A stretch of 64,000 bases of DNA from Octopus vulgaris. Taxonomy: Eukaryota. The stretch is from positions 18,042,001 to 18,106,000 of the forward strand of contig OX597830.1 of NCBI GenBank assembly GCA_951406725.2. Reading direction: 5' to 3'. Below are positions 25,030 through 37,120 of this stretch, one piece after another. The notes under the pieces were generated by a model. It ran no database searches, was not told where the DNA came from, and saw only the letters and a list, made by a program, of their open reading frames with translations. Position 1 is the stretch's first letter; each line of letters starts with the position of its first letter. Made by a program: the position numbers and the translations under genes.

Positions 25030-25480
25030 TCCACCCGATACGAGTTCCTCGTTACGATGTTATTTATCACTGTTCTTCTTTTTTCTGTTATTGTTATTCG
25101 CAATGGAGGGCAGATAGAAGTAGGATGCAAACACCAGCTTGTATAGCTATGCTTGAATTGAAAATTAAAAATTAAAATGTCTAGTTAATCTGCATGTTTA
25201 ATGCACCGTTTTCTTGTCATTGATGCACAGTTAAAATACTGATTTGTTAAAAGTAATTCATTTTCGACCATCTGAAGACAGATGTAAAATTGTGGGGAGT
25301 ACCGGATAAATATGCATAAAGTGTGCTTGTATACTTGTCGTGGTGTCTAATGTGTGGTTCTACATGTTTGCGACAAGGTGAATTAACGCCGGATGTATGA
25401 TTTCACCCGGGAAGCCATGCGAACAACCTCAGCAGACTTCGCCTGGCCTCGCAAAAGCACATCGCACATGTGTAACATAG
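25030..25480 (-). promoter_or_regulatory. Probable 5' UTR/promoter region of the carrier gene
   Basis: Non-repetitive, CpG-containing sequence just upstream of the ATG, with an ETS-like CCGGATGT at 25389. No transcript data. Confidence 0.3.
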
Positions 25481-26006
25481 ACCAAGCCAAGTGTTATCAG
25501 CTTTTTTTTTCTTCTTTTTTTTTTTTTCTGTGTAGTGTAGGTTAATATAAATATTCTTATCGCTTATGCTTATTTCTAAAGTGGAAAAAAAAATTTTTTT
25601 AAGTGTTTTGGGGAAAGAAAAGAAAGGGTTTTAAAAAAAATTACATTTGTAGAAGAAACGGAATACGAAACTAATTTTGTTTTCACCGAGTTTTGTTGTC
25701 TTTTTTCTTTTCGTTGTTTCTTTTTCCGTTTCTTCTTTTGTCTATTTTTGCTTAATGCTAGGCTGGCCCTGTCACGTAGGCACATGCAAAGATAATTCTT
25801 CTCATTGCATCATCTAGTGTAACCTTCTTTTACGAAGATGACAAAGTAAGGTTTGAGAGAGATTTGATTGTTCATTCCAACAGGTCGAGCGACCACACAG
25901 AGGCTTGTTGGTTTGATAACAGCTGTAGTGATATTATAAAAGTTACAGTAATTTTATAATAGTATATATATTGTTGTATTTAGGAATGGTCATTTTGCCA
26001 GTTTAG

Positions 26007-26037
<31 letters not shown>

Positions 26038-26426
26038 CTAGCAGTATCGCCCGGCGTTGCTCGGGTTTGTAAGGGAAATAACTATATAAGCATTTTTTAG
26101 AGAGTTATAGCAAAAAAAATGCATTAAAAATGGAAAAAAAATTATGGTAAATTTTTTTTTAAATCGTTGACTCATCGTAGACATTTTTAGAGAGTTACTT
26201 CCCTTATATAATAGCGAAAAAATGCATTAAAATGGAAAAAAATGAGGGTAAATTATTTTTTAAATCGTAGACTCATCGTAGACGCGCGCTAATACCCAGA
26301 AGGGCTCGATATGAATCATGACTATAAGATACCCGCTTTTGGTTAAACTGCACTGCAAAATATGGGAGTAGTTAGGAATCTAAATCGTAGGAGACAGACA
26401 CACAACTTCTATTTTATATATAAAGA
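26038..26426 (-). mobile_element. Non-autonomous Helitron
   Basis: On the minus strand A|TCTTTATATATAAAA...cccgagcaacgccggg hairpin...CTAG|T, with no TSD. Internal ~110-bp duplication. Confidence 0.85.
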
Positions 26427-26437
26427 TATATATATAT

Positions 26438-26876
26438 GGGGAAGACTTCCTCCCCCTCCCCCATTTTCTCGCAAATTTTTTTTTCCAAAAACCCATGTTT
26501 TCGGATACGGAGATTCCGGAAAATTGCCAAAAATCGGAATTTTGCCATTTCTGCCCCTACCCCCACCCCAAATTCTTAATTTTTTTTCACTTTTTCCGTA
26601 ACCCTAACCCTAAAACCCCAACCCTAACCCTAAGTAGAAAAATTTTTGGAATTTTTTTCAGAATCATAATCTCTGTATTTTTATGCATATTTTGAAAAAC
26701 AAAATTCTGAAAAAAGTTTAAAATAAAGAAATTTGGTGGGGAGTGGGGTAATTTTAAAATGCCAATTTTTTTGCAGATTCGTATTCTCCATAGTCGAGAA
26801 TGGGGGTTTGTGTAGAAAAAAAAAAATGAATTATAAAAAGGGGTGCTTTTGGTGGGGTACAAAAGGAAGTCTTGCC
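26438..26876. mobile_element. MITE with GG...CC termini and internal CCCTAA repeats
   Basis: TIR ggggaagacttcct / aggaagtcttgcc, flanked by ATAT. Telomere-like tract at 26601-26632. Confidence 0.65.
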
Positions 26877-27171
26877 ATATAAATATTGTAGTGTGTTTTT
26901 TCAGCGATGAATATCTACAAAGATCATAAACATCGGCGAAAAATACTGACAAAACTCGATGCTTTACAAGTGAAGTCCCTTGAGATGTTTGTTCTGCAAC
27001 CAGTTACAGACTCTCTAATTATTCTCGTTGTCAGAAATGCAGTAGACCAGTGTTTGACTTGTTAGAAAAACCTTTAACCAATCTATTGTGATGTAAGATA
27101 TAATGCATATAATACGATTTCTATAGTCTAGTTCAGCTGTTAGCATGAAGGGAACAAACAAAATAGACTTT

Positions 27172-27528
27172 AGGCATAGGAGCGGCTGTGTGGTAAGTAG
27201 CTTGCTTACTAACCACATAGTTCCGGGTTCAGTCCCACTGCGTGGCACCTTGGGCAAGTGTTTTCTACTATAGCCTCGGGACGACCAAAGCCTTGTGAGT
27301 GGATTTGGTAGACAGAAACTGAAAGAAGCCTGTCGTAAATATGTAAGTGTGTCTGTGTTTGTCCTCCGATGCTGGTGTGTTTACATCCCCGTAACTTAGC
27401 AGTTCGGCAAAAGAGACCGATAGAGTAAGTAGAAGGCTTACAAAGAATAAGTCCTGGGGTCGATTTGCTCAACTAAAGGCGGTGCTCCAGCATGGCCACA
27501 GTCACATGACTGAAACAAGTAAAAGAGT
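27172..27528 (+). mobile_element. SINE family A, near full length
   Basis: Head, body and tail all present. Confidence 0.9.
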
Positions 27529-28019
27529 ATAGGTACAAGGCCTGAAATTTTGGGGGAGGAGACTAGTCGATTACATCTACCCCAGTGTGTAACTGGTACT
27601 GATTTTACTGACCCAGAAAGGATGAAAGGCAAAGGTGACTTCAGTGGAATTTGAACTCTGAACATAGCAACGGGCGAAATACCGATAAGCATTTCGTCCA
27701 GTATGCTAACGATTCTGCCAGCTCACCGCCCTAACAACAACAATAATAATAACCCTTTCTACTATAGGCACAAGGCCTGAAATTTTAGGGGTGGTAAAAT
27801 AGTTGATCAGATTGACCCAAGTACTTCACTGATACCTATAATATCGACCCTGAAAGGATGAAAGGCAAAGCTGACCCCACTGGGATTTGAACACAGAATA
27901 TAGGGAGCAGAAAAAATACTGCTAGGCCAATCATTACCATGCACATGATTTGTAAATTCAAGCTTTTCTTAAAATTTGAATAACAATTATAAGTCTTCCA
28001 CAGCTAAATATGTTTGTTC

Positions 28020-28312
28020 CTTCTCGAGCCATGCCTGGCTCAAAAGGGCCGGTTTCCCGGTTTCTTGGCATGTAGGTTCTCCACCTGGACAGCACACTGG
28101 CCTGTCACAGGTGAGCTGCAAGATGCATGAGGAAAGACTGAGAGAAAGTTGTGGCGAAAGCGTCAGCAGAAGTTTTGCCATTACCTTCTGCTGGAGCCAT
28201 GTGGAGCTTAGGTGTTTTGCTCATAAACACACACATCGCCCGGTCTGAGATTTGAACCCGCGATCCCTCGACCGCGAGTCCACTGCTCTAACCACTAGGC
28301 CATGTGCCTCTA
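28020..28312 (-). mobile_element. tRNA-derived SINE family C
   Basis: Head ggcacatggcctagtggttagagcagtggactcgcggtcg and B-box ggttcaaatct. Relatives at 19918-20190, 29130-29430(-), 29902-30290, 35746-35995. Confidence 0.8.
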
Positions 28313-28544
28313 CACAGCTAAATATAGGTTGGAATGAGTCCAAAGTGTTGTATAATGTAACACATTAAGTATGTAAATTATATAAGACTAAGGTTACCTT
28401 TAGACTTATGTAACCTTAGATCTCTTTAAAGAATCTAAAATGTCATAGTGATGACATAATACTGTTGTAATATGGAAAACTATTGTATTTGGTATCGTGA
28501 AGAGATTTACAAATATAAAATAAAAGTAGGTGGAGTTGGAATTA

Positions 28545-28723
28545 CCATATTTTAACATGTATAAGGAACCCGTTTTTGTCAAAAGTTAACTTTAAAAAAT
28601 ATGGGAGTTTCTTATACATGGATAGTATTATAATCCCTTACAAAAACTTTTTTCCAAATTTTAAGCCCCCAAAATTAGGGGATTCCTTATATATGCATGT
28701 TCCTTATACATGTTAAAATACAG
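28545..28723. mobile_element. Tc2/pogo-like MITE
   Basis: TA-ccatattttaacatgtataagg ... ccttatacatgttaaaatacag-TA. Confidence 0.7.
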
Positions 28724-29901
28724 TATATAAAGGAGATACAATTCATTTTAGAAACAGAAAACAAGGAGTATTGTGTAGATGAAGCTTAATTGATATTGTT
28801 TGGTTTTAAAATTTATGTCGCTGATGTAATTAGTTTTTAAATAAATCAGACTCCAAGACAGTTTAAAATTATAAATATAATACACATATAAATTATAAAA
28901 TATTATATAAATACTAATAGCTACAAGGCACATGCTGATTATTAATCAAAATATTATACAAACTTATTTTTATGTAATAGTGTTGAAATTTGGAAACTTT
29001 CAATTAAGAATAACACTGGAACTTTGGCTGCCATTTCTAGCAGGCAGAAACACTGTGTAACAATTTTTTTCTTTTTTTATTGTCTGATCAGTAAGTGTTA
29101 TTTCTTATCTATTTATTTATTTATTTATGCACCCTTTTCAAGCCTAGCCAGGCCCATAGGCCCGGTTTCCTGGTTTCTATGGCATATGTGTTCCCCCCAG
29201 CTGGTCGGGATGCCAGTCCATCGCAGCGTTACTCAAGAAACAGGAAGAGAGAGTGAGAGAAAGTTGGGGCGAAAGAATACAACAGGAGTGGCCACCAGCT
29301 CCTGCCGGAGCCTCGTGGGGCTTTTAGGTGTTTTCGCTCAATAAACACACAACACCCAGTCTGGGAATTGAAACCGTGATCCTCTGACCACGAGTCCACT
29401 GCCCTAAACACCATGCCATTGCACCTCCTATTTTTTATTTGCTTCTATCTAAAAATCAAAGGGAATCGCTATTATTCCCTTTATACTTTGCTTTTGTGAT
29501 CTGGACATCAATGTTTTGAAACTAACTTATTTTCTATCACATTTCAGACAGATCCAGTGCTGAATTGCTGAAGCAGAAATATCATTATAGCAAATATCCT
29601 GCTCATTACCACAGATTTGCTTGTCAATTACTTGACCATAGCCACTTGACCATGTCGCTTGGTGGCTGACAATATGTGTATCTCTGATCATGAGCAGGAG
29701 TAGTGGGGGAGCATCATAGCCATGTGTTGAGACTGATTCTTTAGGGTTTGAATAAATGTAAGAAAAGTAAAATTTGAATGAAATATTAGCCATTTTTCAC
29801 ACTTTCTAGGGGTGAGCGGGTAAGCAAATAGGAAATAAGAGTTGCTACCCAAGGACAAAAATCGTGTTACACAGTGTATACATGTAAATATATATGACAG
29901 T

Positions 29902-30290
29902 GGAGGTGCAATGGCCCAGTGGTTAGGGCAGTGGACTCGTGGTCATAGGATCGCGGTTTCGATTCCCAGACCGGGCGTTGTGAGTGTTTATTGAGCAAAA
30001 ACACCTAAAAGCTCCACGAGGCTCCGGCAGGGGATGGTGGTGATCCCTGCTGTACTCTTTCACCACAACTTTTTCTCACTCTTACTTCCTGTTTCTGTTG
30101 TACCTGTATTTCAAAGGGCCGGCCTTGTCACTCTCTGTGTCATGCTGAATATTCCCGAGAACTACGTTAAGGGTACACGTGTCTGTGGAGTGCTCAGCCA
30201 CTTACACGTTAATTTCACGAGCAGGCTGTTCCGTTGATTCGGATCAACCAGAACCCTCGTCGTCGCAACCGACAGAGTGCTTCCATCCAT
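29902..30290 (+). mobile_element. tRNA-derived SINE family C
   Basis: A-box tggcccagtgg and B-box gtttcgattccc. Confidence 0.85.
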
Positions 30291-30729
30291 ATATATGACA
30301 CACTACCATTGGAAACAGAAACATTATATTGTACTTAAAAAGACAGTAATAAGCCAAAACCTTACTTGTTATGGAGCATAAATAAAAAGAACTGTATTAT
30401 ATAATTATTGATGAAGGAAACATCTACCAGCAGAATGCTCTGTGGACTTTCTTCAGTTAAGACCAGGTCCTGTTAGCAAAAAATCATATCAGGATATGGC
30501 AAGGGAGAAATGCAAAAAGAGAAAGTAACTGCGTTAGCATACCTGTTTTCTTTTCCTTGTTGTGTAGTCAAGTTAGGTCTTGTTTGAATCCATCAATTAA
30601 TATGTATATATTTGTGTGTACGTACATATATATGTATACATAAAATATTTTATATATATATATATATACACATACATACACACATACGTAGATATGTATA
30701 CATAGAATGTTTAATAATAAATATATGTA

Positions 30730-33441
30730 TATTCAACATTACGGGGTACAACCTCTTCCGTAAGGACCGCACTAACCGCCGTGGTGGTGGTGTGATGGTC
30801 TACGTTCGTTCAAATTTTTTGGTAATTCCTTGTGCCGATTTGAACGAATCACAAGAAGAAGTTTTTTTCTGTGACGTGCGTATGACCATGTCAACACTCC
30901 TGCTTGGCGTTGTTTATCGTCCCCCAAGTTACCATCGGGACACACAGCTTTGCAATGTCCTCCGAGCTGCTGCCAGGAAAACAGCCACTTATGTGTTTAT
31001 TGCAGGCGATTTCAATCATCCTGAGATCGATTGGGAGACCTTCCATTGGCCACAGAGTGCAAACGATTTTGTTGAGCTTGTGCTGGACTCAAACTGGTCA
31101 CAAGTAGTCACCTCTCCAACAAGAGGCGACAACACCTTGGACCTGCTCTTCACCACAACTCCTGAAGCGGTTATCAATTGCACTACGGAGGAACCTCTAG
31201 GTGACTCTGATCATGCTATGATCATCGCCAATCTGGCTCTTGCGGGCAACAAAAACCTGAACCATCTCCAATCTGCTTCCTTCGATTGGAAGAGAGCAGA
31301 TTGGAACCTGTACCACACTGAACTACAGCACCCAAACTGGCGTGAATTCTACAACTCTGGAGATGTGAATACTATACTCCAGAGTATCCTGGACTCAATA
31401 TGGGCAGCATGTGCAGCATCAGTGCCACGTAAACAAAAAAAGAAGAACCGCCCCAAAAGGGCAATTTGGGAAACTTCAGCGGTCCGACTTGCCAGGAGGG
31501 AACGTCGGACTGCTGAACGGGAATACAGGTTGCATAAATCAGACACCAACAGGAAGAAGCGGAATAAATCCTCCAACCATCTCAAGCAAGTGACAAAAAA
31601 AGCAGTGCTTGAATTTGAACAGTGCATAGCAGCCAATCCTGACAGCAAGGTTTTCTGGAAATATGTGCACTCAAAGCAGAGACCTCACTCTCCAGTGGGC
31701 CCTCTTCGCAACCCTCACACAAACCAGATCACTGACGACCCCAAGGAATGCGCAGAACTCATTGCCGAGTGCTATGCAAACATATTCACTGTTGAAAGTC
31801 AAAATGTACCATCTTCACCATCACTAACAGCAAACTCCATAACAACTATGGAATTTACACCTGCAATGCTGCGACGTCACCTTCAAAATAAGCGCAACTA
31901 TGCCTCCCCTGGTCTCGATGGAGTTACATACCTGCTTCTCAAACGTGGCAGGCACTTCCTTTTACACCAGCTTTCTATTTTCTTCCAGTACTGTCTCAAC
32001 AATGGTGCTACTCCGGAGCAGTGGAAAACTGCCAGTGTCATTCCTCTGTTCAAAAAGGGCGACCGCACATCACCTGTCAACTATCGCCCAGTCAGTCTCA
32101 CTAGCTGTATTGCAAAACTGATGGAATCGTGTGTCAGAGAAACACTCTGGAACTTCTGGAGCTCTCACAGTCTCATCCGACCCTCACAATATGGATTTGT
32201 CCCTAACTCCAGCTGCAGTGACCAGCTTGTCGAGTTCCTTGAGGACATTACTCAGATTACTGACAGTGGCTCATGGGTGGATGTTGTCTACCTTGACTTT
32301 GCTAAGGCTTTCAACTCTGTGCCACACAAAAGGCTTATGGTGAAACTCTCTGCAATGGGTGTGGGGGATGACCTTTTTAACTGGTTGAAATCCTTCATCC
32401 TCAGCCGAAAGGAGGTAGTCACAGTTCTAGGACAGCACTCTACACCATATGAGATGTCATCGGGTGTACCACAGGGATCTGTCCTTGGCCCCCTCTTGTT
32501 TGTGGCATACATTAACGACATAGATGCCAATTTAAAGAATGCCACAGTATTGAAATATGCAGACGACATCAAGCTGTACCTTGAAATCAAGAGGACAGAT
32601 CCTGATGTCTACAACTCTTTCCTGCAATCAGACCTAGACACAATGCAGCAATGGATCACAGACTGGCAACTGAAACTGGCTGTGGACAAGTGTACCACCA
32701 TGCATTTTGGGAGAAAAAACCCTGCGTTCACATACTCCCTCCACAACACTGATATCAAGAAATCCTCTTGCGAGCGTGACCTAGGCATCACTGTCAGCAG
32801 TGATTTGCGTTGGTCAAAGCATATCTCTAAGATTGTCAGGAAGGCCGAGGGTGTCTTGGCATCACTCAGCAGGTCTTTTGTTAGCCGCTCTCCAGCCATC
32901 TATTTAAAACTGTATACAGCTATGGTACGACCACACTTGGAATTCGCATCATCAGTTTGGAACCCCTATCTTGCACAGAACATTGACCTCCTGGAATCTG
33001 TCCAGAGACGTGCAACCAAACGCATACCCTCCATCAGACACCTACCATATTCTGAGCGCCTTGTTTCCCTGGGCATGGATTCACTGAAGCTCCGGCGTTT
33101 GGCGACGGACTTGGTAAACACCCACAAAGTTATCAACCACCTCACCAACAACAACACTGAACACCTTTTTGATCTCCATGTGTCTAACACACGTGGACAT
33201 GCCTACAAAGTCAGAAAACAATACAGCTCCCATGACTTTCGGAAACATTTTTTCACGCTCAGAGTTGCTGAAGCATGGAATAAACTGCCTGCGTCAGTTG
33301 TTGACTGCCATGACACTGCATCTTTTAAGGCCCTCATGCTTTCCGAAATCCGCCGAAACTTCACCTGATTATATATACACTTTAGATGAGTTGTAGTGCA
33401 CCTGAGCACTGTACACAATTATTATTATTATTATTATTATT
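30730..33441 (+). mobile_element. CR1-group LINE, 5'-truncated, with uninterrupted partial EN plus RT frame
   Basis: Frame open to 33368 with GDFN, SDH, NYRPVSLTS, YLDFAKAF, GVPQGSVLGP, YADD. Short 3' UTR with GTGCacctgaGCAC hairpin and (ATT)n tail. The first ~40 aa of the listed ORF are microsatellite read-through. Confidence 0.95.
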
Positions 33442-33444
33442 TAT

Positions 33445-34290
33445 ATCATCATCATCATTTAAAGTCTGTTTTCTATGCTAGGATGAGTTGGAAGCCAGGA
33501 GGCTGCACCAGGCTCCAGTCTGATCTGGTAGTGTTTCTACAGCTGGATGCCCTTCCTAACGCCAACCACTCTGTTAGTGTAGTGGGTGCTTGACTCAATG
33601 TACTTGAGTAGTGTAGTGGGTGCTTGACTTGATGTACTTGACTCAATAGGTCTCTTCAAGCACAGCAGGTCACCCTACAATCCAAGGTAAGCACAGCAAG
33701 TCATCCTACGATCCAAGGTACTTTGAATGGGCTGGAGCTGGTTATGTGAAGCTGGTGTAGGATACGTCATGGACTCACTTTATTTGTCGGGTCACAGCAT
33801 ATCTCCAGAGGTCTTGGTCTTTCACCATTGCCTCTGAGAGGCCCGTTTGAAGGTCATACTTGACCACCTCATCCCATGTCTTCCTGGGTCTACCTCTACC
33901 CCGGATACCTTCAACTGTTTGGGAGTGGCACTTCTTCACACATCTCTCCTCAACCATCCGCAGTACATGACCATACCAGTACAAATGTCTCTCTTGCACA
34001 CCACATCCAATGCTTCTTATGTCCAAAATTTCTCTCAGGGTGCTCACACTCTGTCGTGTGTGCACACTGACATTACACATCCAGCGGATCATGCTAGCTT
34101 CATTTCTTTCGAGCCTATGCATGTCTTCCACAGTCATGGGGCCCATGTTTCACTGCCGTGAAGCATGGCAGTTTGCACACATGCATTGTACAATCTGCTT
34201 TTCACTCTGAGCGAGAGACCCTTTGTCACCAGTAGGGGTAGGAGCTTTCTAAACTTTGCCCAGGTTATTCTTATTCTAATGGTAACACTC
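33445..34290 (-). mobile_element. RTE-clade LINE 3' portion
   Basis: ORF 33775-34146 contains WYGHVLRM and GRGRPRKTW; 3' UTR ends in (ATG)n. Confidence 0.85.
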
Positions 34291-36559
34291 CCTGATTGAT
34301 TGATTGATGTATGTATGTGTGTGTGTGTGTGTATGTATGTATATATGTATGTATGTATGTGTGTATGTATGTGTGTATGTATGTATGTTCAAATATGAAT
34401 TAGAAGTAGTGCTAGTGTTGTAAATATTATTACACACATACACACATCCGCTTGTTTGCTGGTAGACTGTGAGATAACTCTCTCAAAGCACTGGGTATTA
34501 AAATGTCTGAAAGACATAGACAGGTGACACAACTCACCCCAAATCCCACTCAAGGACTGAATTGGAGGTGAACTTACCTCCAATTCATATTTGAATTCCT
34601 GCTGGAATTTATTCTTACACCTGTATTGTCAGGACATACCAGCAAATGGTTTTTACACCATTTGTATGTAGTCATGGTCTGGTGATTCAGTTCCCCTCCA
34701 ATTCATTTCAAGTACTTTAAGAGAGTCGTCTCCACCACGCTAATTTGCAGCCTTCTGGTGAACAAGCAAATCACATACATTCAGTACGTTCAATTATATA
34801 TATATATATATTTCTTTACTACCCACAAGGGGCTAAACACAGAGAGGACAAACAAGGACAGACAAACAGATTAAGTCGATTACATCGACCCCAGTGTGTA
34901 ACTGGTACTTAATTTATCGACCCCGAAAGGATGAAAGGTAAAGTCGACCTCGGCGGAATTTGAACTCAGAACGTAACGGCAGACGAAATACGGCTAACGT
35001 TTCTGCCAGCTCGCCGCCTCTTCAATTATATCATCATCATCATCATCATCATCGTTTAACGTCCGTTCTCCATGCTAGCATGGGTTGGACGGTTCGACCG
35101 GGGATCTGGGAAGCCAGAAGGCTGCAATATATATATACATATAGATGTGCGTGTGTGGGTGTGTGTATAGATGTGTATGTTCCAATGTTGTTGATGCACT
35201 ATGATACAACTAAATTGTCGCATTTCCTATTATATCTCTTTCTTTCTCTCTCTTCCCTTCTTTTTTCTTTCACTTTCTGTTTTGTCTTTCTTTTCTTCCT
35301 TTCTTTTTCTACTTCACTATCTCACTCTTCCTCACTTTTCTCACTCCTTCTCTCCCCACTCCCCACCCAATCCATTCTCTGTAATGCATGCTCTTGGGGC
35401 TTTATTTATATTGTAAAATTCTATCTCTACATACAATTCTAATTTCTCTTTGAAGTTTTCCCCTCTACTTTCATTCTGTCTTTTATCTACACTCAGAAAC
35501 TTATTCAACCATCACATACATTGATTTATCTATTCAAGTATTGGAATATTAATCATTTTGTTTGTTTTTTTGGTGGGGTTAGCCTTGCTTTCATCAAATA
35601 TCTATATCAACAGCAGCTTTCAAATAAGGAAGTAAATTTGTTTTGAAGAAGTTGCAATATGAAATTCAGAATAAATAACTATGGAAACATCCAATTCTTT
35701 CACTGTCGTTACTGATATATTAACTCTACTTTATGCATTGAGTGAGGAGGCGCGTGACTTAGTGGTTAGGGTGTCAGCATCATGATCGCAAGATTGGAGT
35801 TTCGATTCCTGGACCAGGCGACGCGTTGTGTTCTTGAGCAAAACACTTCACTTTACGTTGCTCCAGTCCACTCAGCTGGCAAAAATGAGTAACGCTGCGA
35901 TGGACTGGCGTCCCGTCCAGCTGGGGAACACATACGCCATAGAAACCAGGAAACTGGGACCATGAGCCTGGCTAGGCTTTAAAAGGGCGCATTTATTTTA
36001 TGCATTGAGTACTGTTCCTTTTCATTTGGGCACACACACACACATACACAGACACAAACAAACAAACACAAACACGGGTACACATACACAAACACACACA
36101 CGCACACACAATCACACACACACACAATCACACACACACACACACAAACACACACACATGCACACACACAGACACACATGCACAGACACACACACACACA
36201 CACACATTAGTATAATGACAAAGGACTGAGAGTTCTGATGCCTTGCTGTACTCAAGAAGACTCGCCCACCACAGCAGAATCGATACCTGTGCTGGCTCCA
36301 TGTAAAAAGCAGTGGCAATAGTGACATGTAAAATGCACAGGTGATGGTACAATGTAAAAAGCATTGGTGCTGGTGACACAAAAAGCACTGGTACTGATGC
36401 TGCGTAAAGGGCACCCAGAACACTCTGTAAAGTGGTTGGTGTTATGAAGGGCATCCAACCAAAGAAATCCTGCCAGAACAAACAATGGAGCCTGGTGTAA
36501 TTCCTGGCCTTAGCAGCTCCTGTCGAACCATCAAACACATACCAACATGGAAAAAGGAC

Positions 36560-36606
<47 letters not shown>

Positions 36607-36623
36607 GTGATGATGATGGTGAA

Positions 36624-36656
<33 letters not shown>

Positions 36657-36688
36657 CATAATGATGATGATGATGATGATGATGATCA
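36560..36688. repeat. (GAT)n microsatellite (expanded retroelement tail)
   Basis: Read directly; source of the poly-His and poly-Ile pseudo-ORFs. Confidence 0.95.
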
Positions 36689-36689
36689 G

Positions 36690-37105
36690 AGTGAAAGGAG
36701 ATATGCCGTGACTGTGAAGACCCGACAAATAAAGTGAGTTCATGGCTGTATCCTACACCAGCTACATACAACCAGCCCTAGCCCATTCAAAGTACCTCAG
36801 ATCACAGTAAGGCCTGCTGTGCTTACCTTGGATCGTGGGGCGACCTGCTGTACTTGAGGAGACCTATTGAGTCAAGTACATCAACATCAAAAATCAAATG
36901 GAAATTGTAGTTGTGATACTTGTGCCGGTGGCACGTAAAAAGCACCCACTGCACTCACAGAGTGGTTGGCGTTAGGAAGGGCATCCAGCTGTAGAAACAC
37001 AGCCAAATCAGACTGGAGCCTGGTGCAGCCTCCTGGCTTCCCAGACCCCAGTTGAAACGTCCAACCCATGCTAGCATGGAAAACAATGATGATGATGATG
37101 ATGAT
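36690..37105 (+). mobile_element. RTE-clade LINE 3' UTR fragment
   Basis: Reverse-complement similarity to 33445-33830. Confidence 0.8.
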
Positions 37106-37120
37106 ATCTATGTATATGTA

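Noticed and set aside
29902-29975. tRNA-like sequences at SINE heads
   Set aside because: A and B boxes are present but run into SINE bodies with many diverged copies; they are not tRNA genes.
36442-36771. Poly-His and poly-Ile ORFs
   Set aside because: Translation of the (GAT)n microsatellite.
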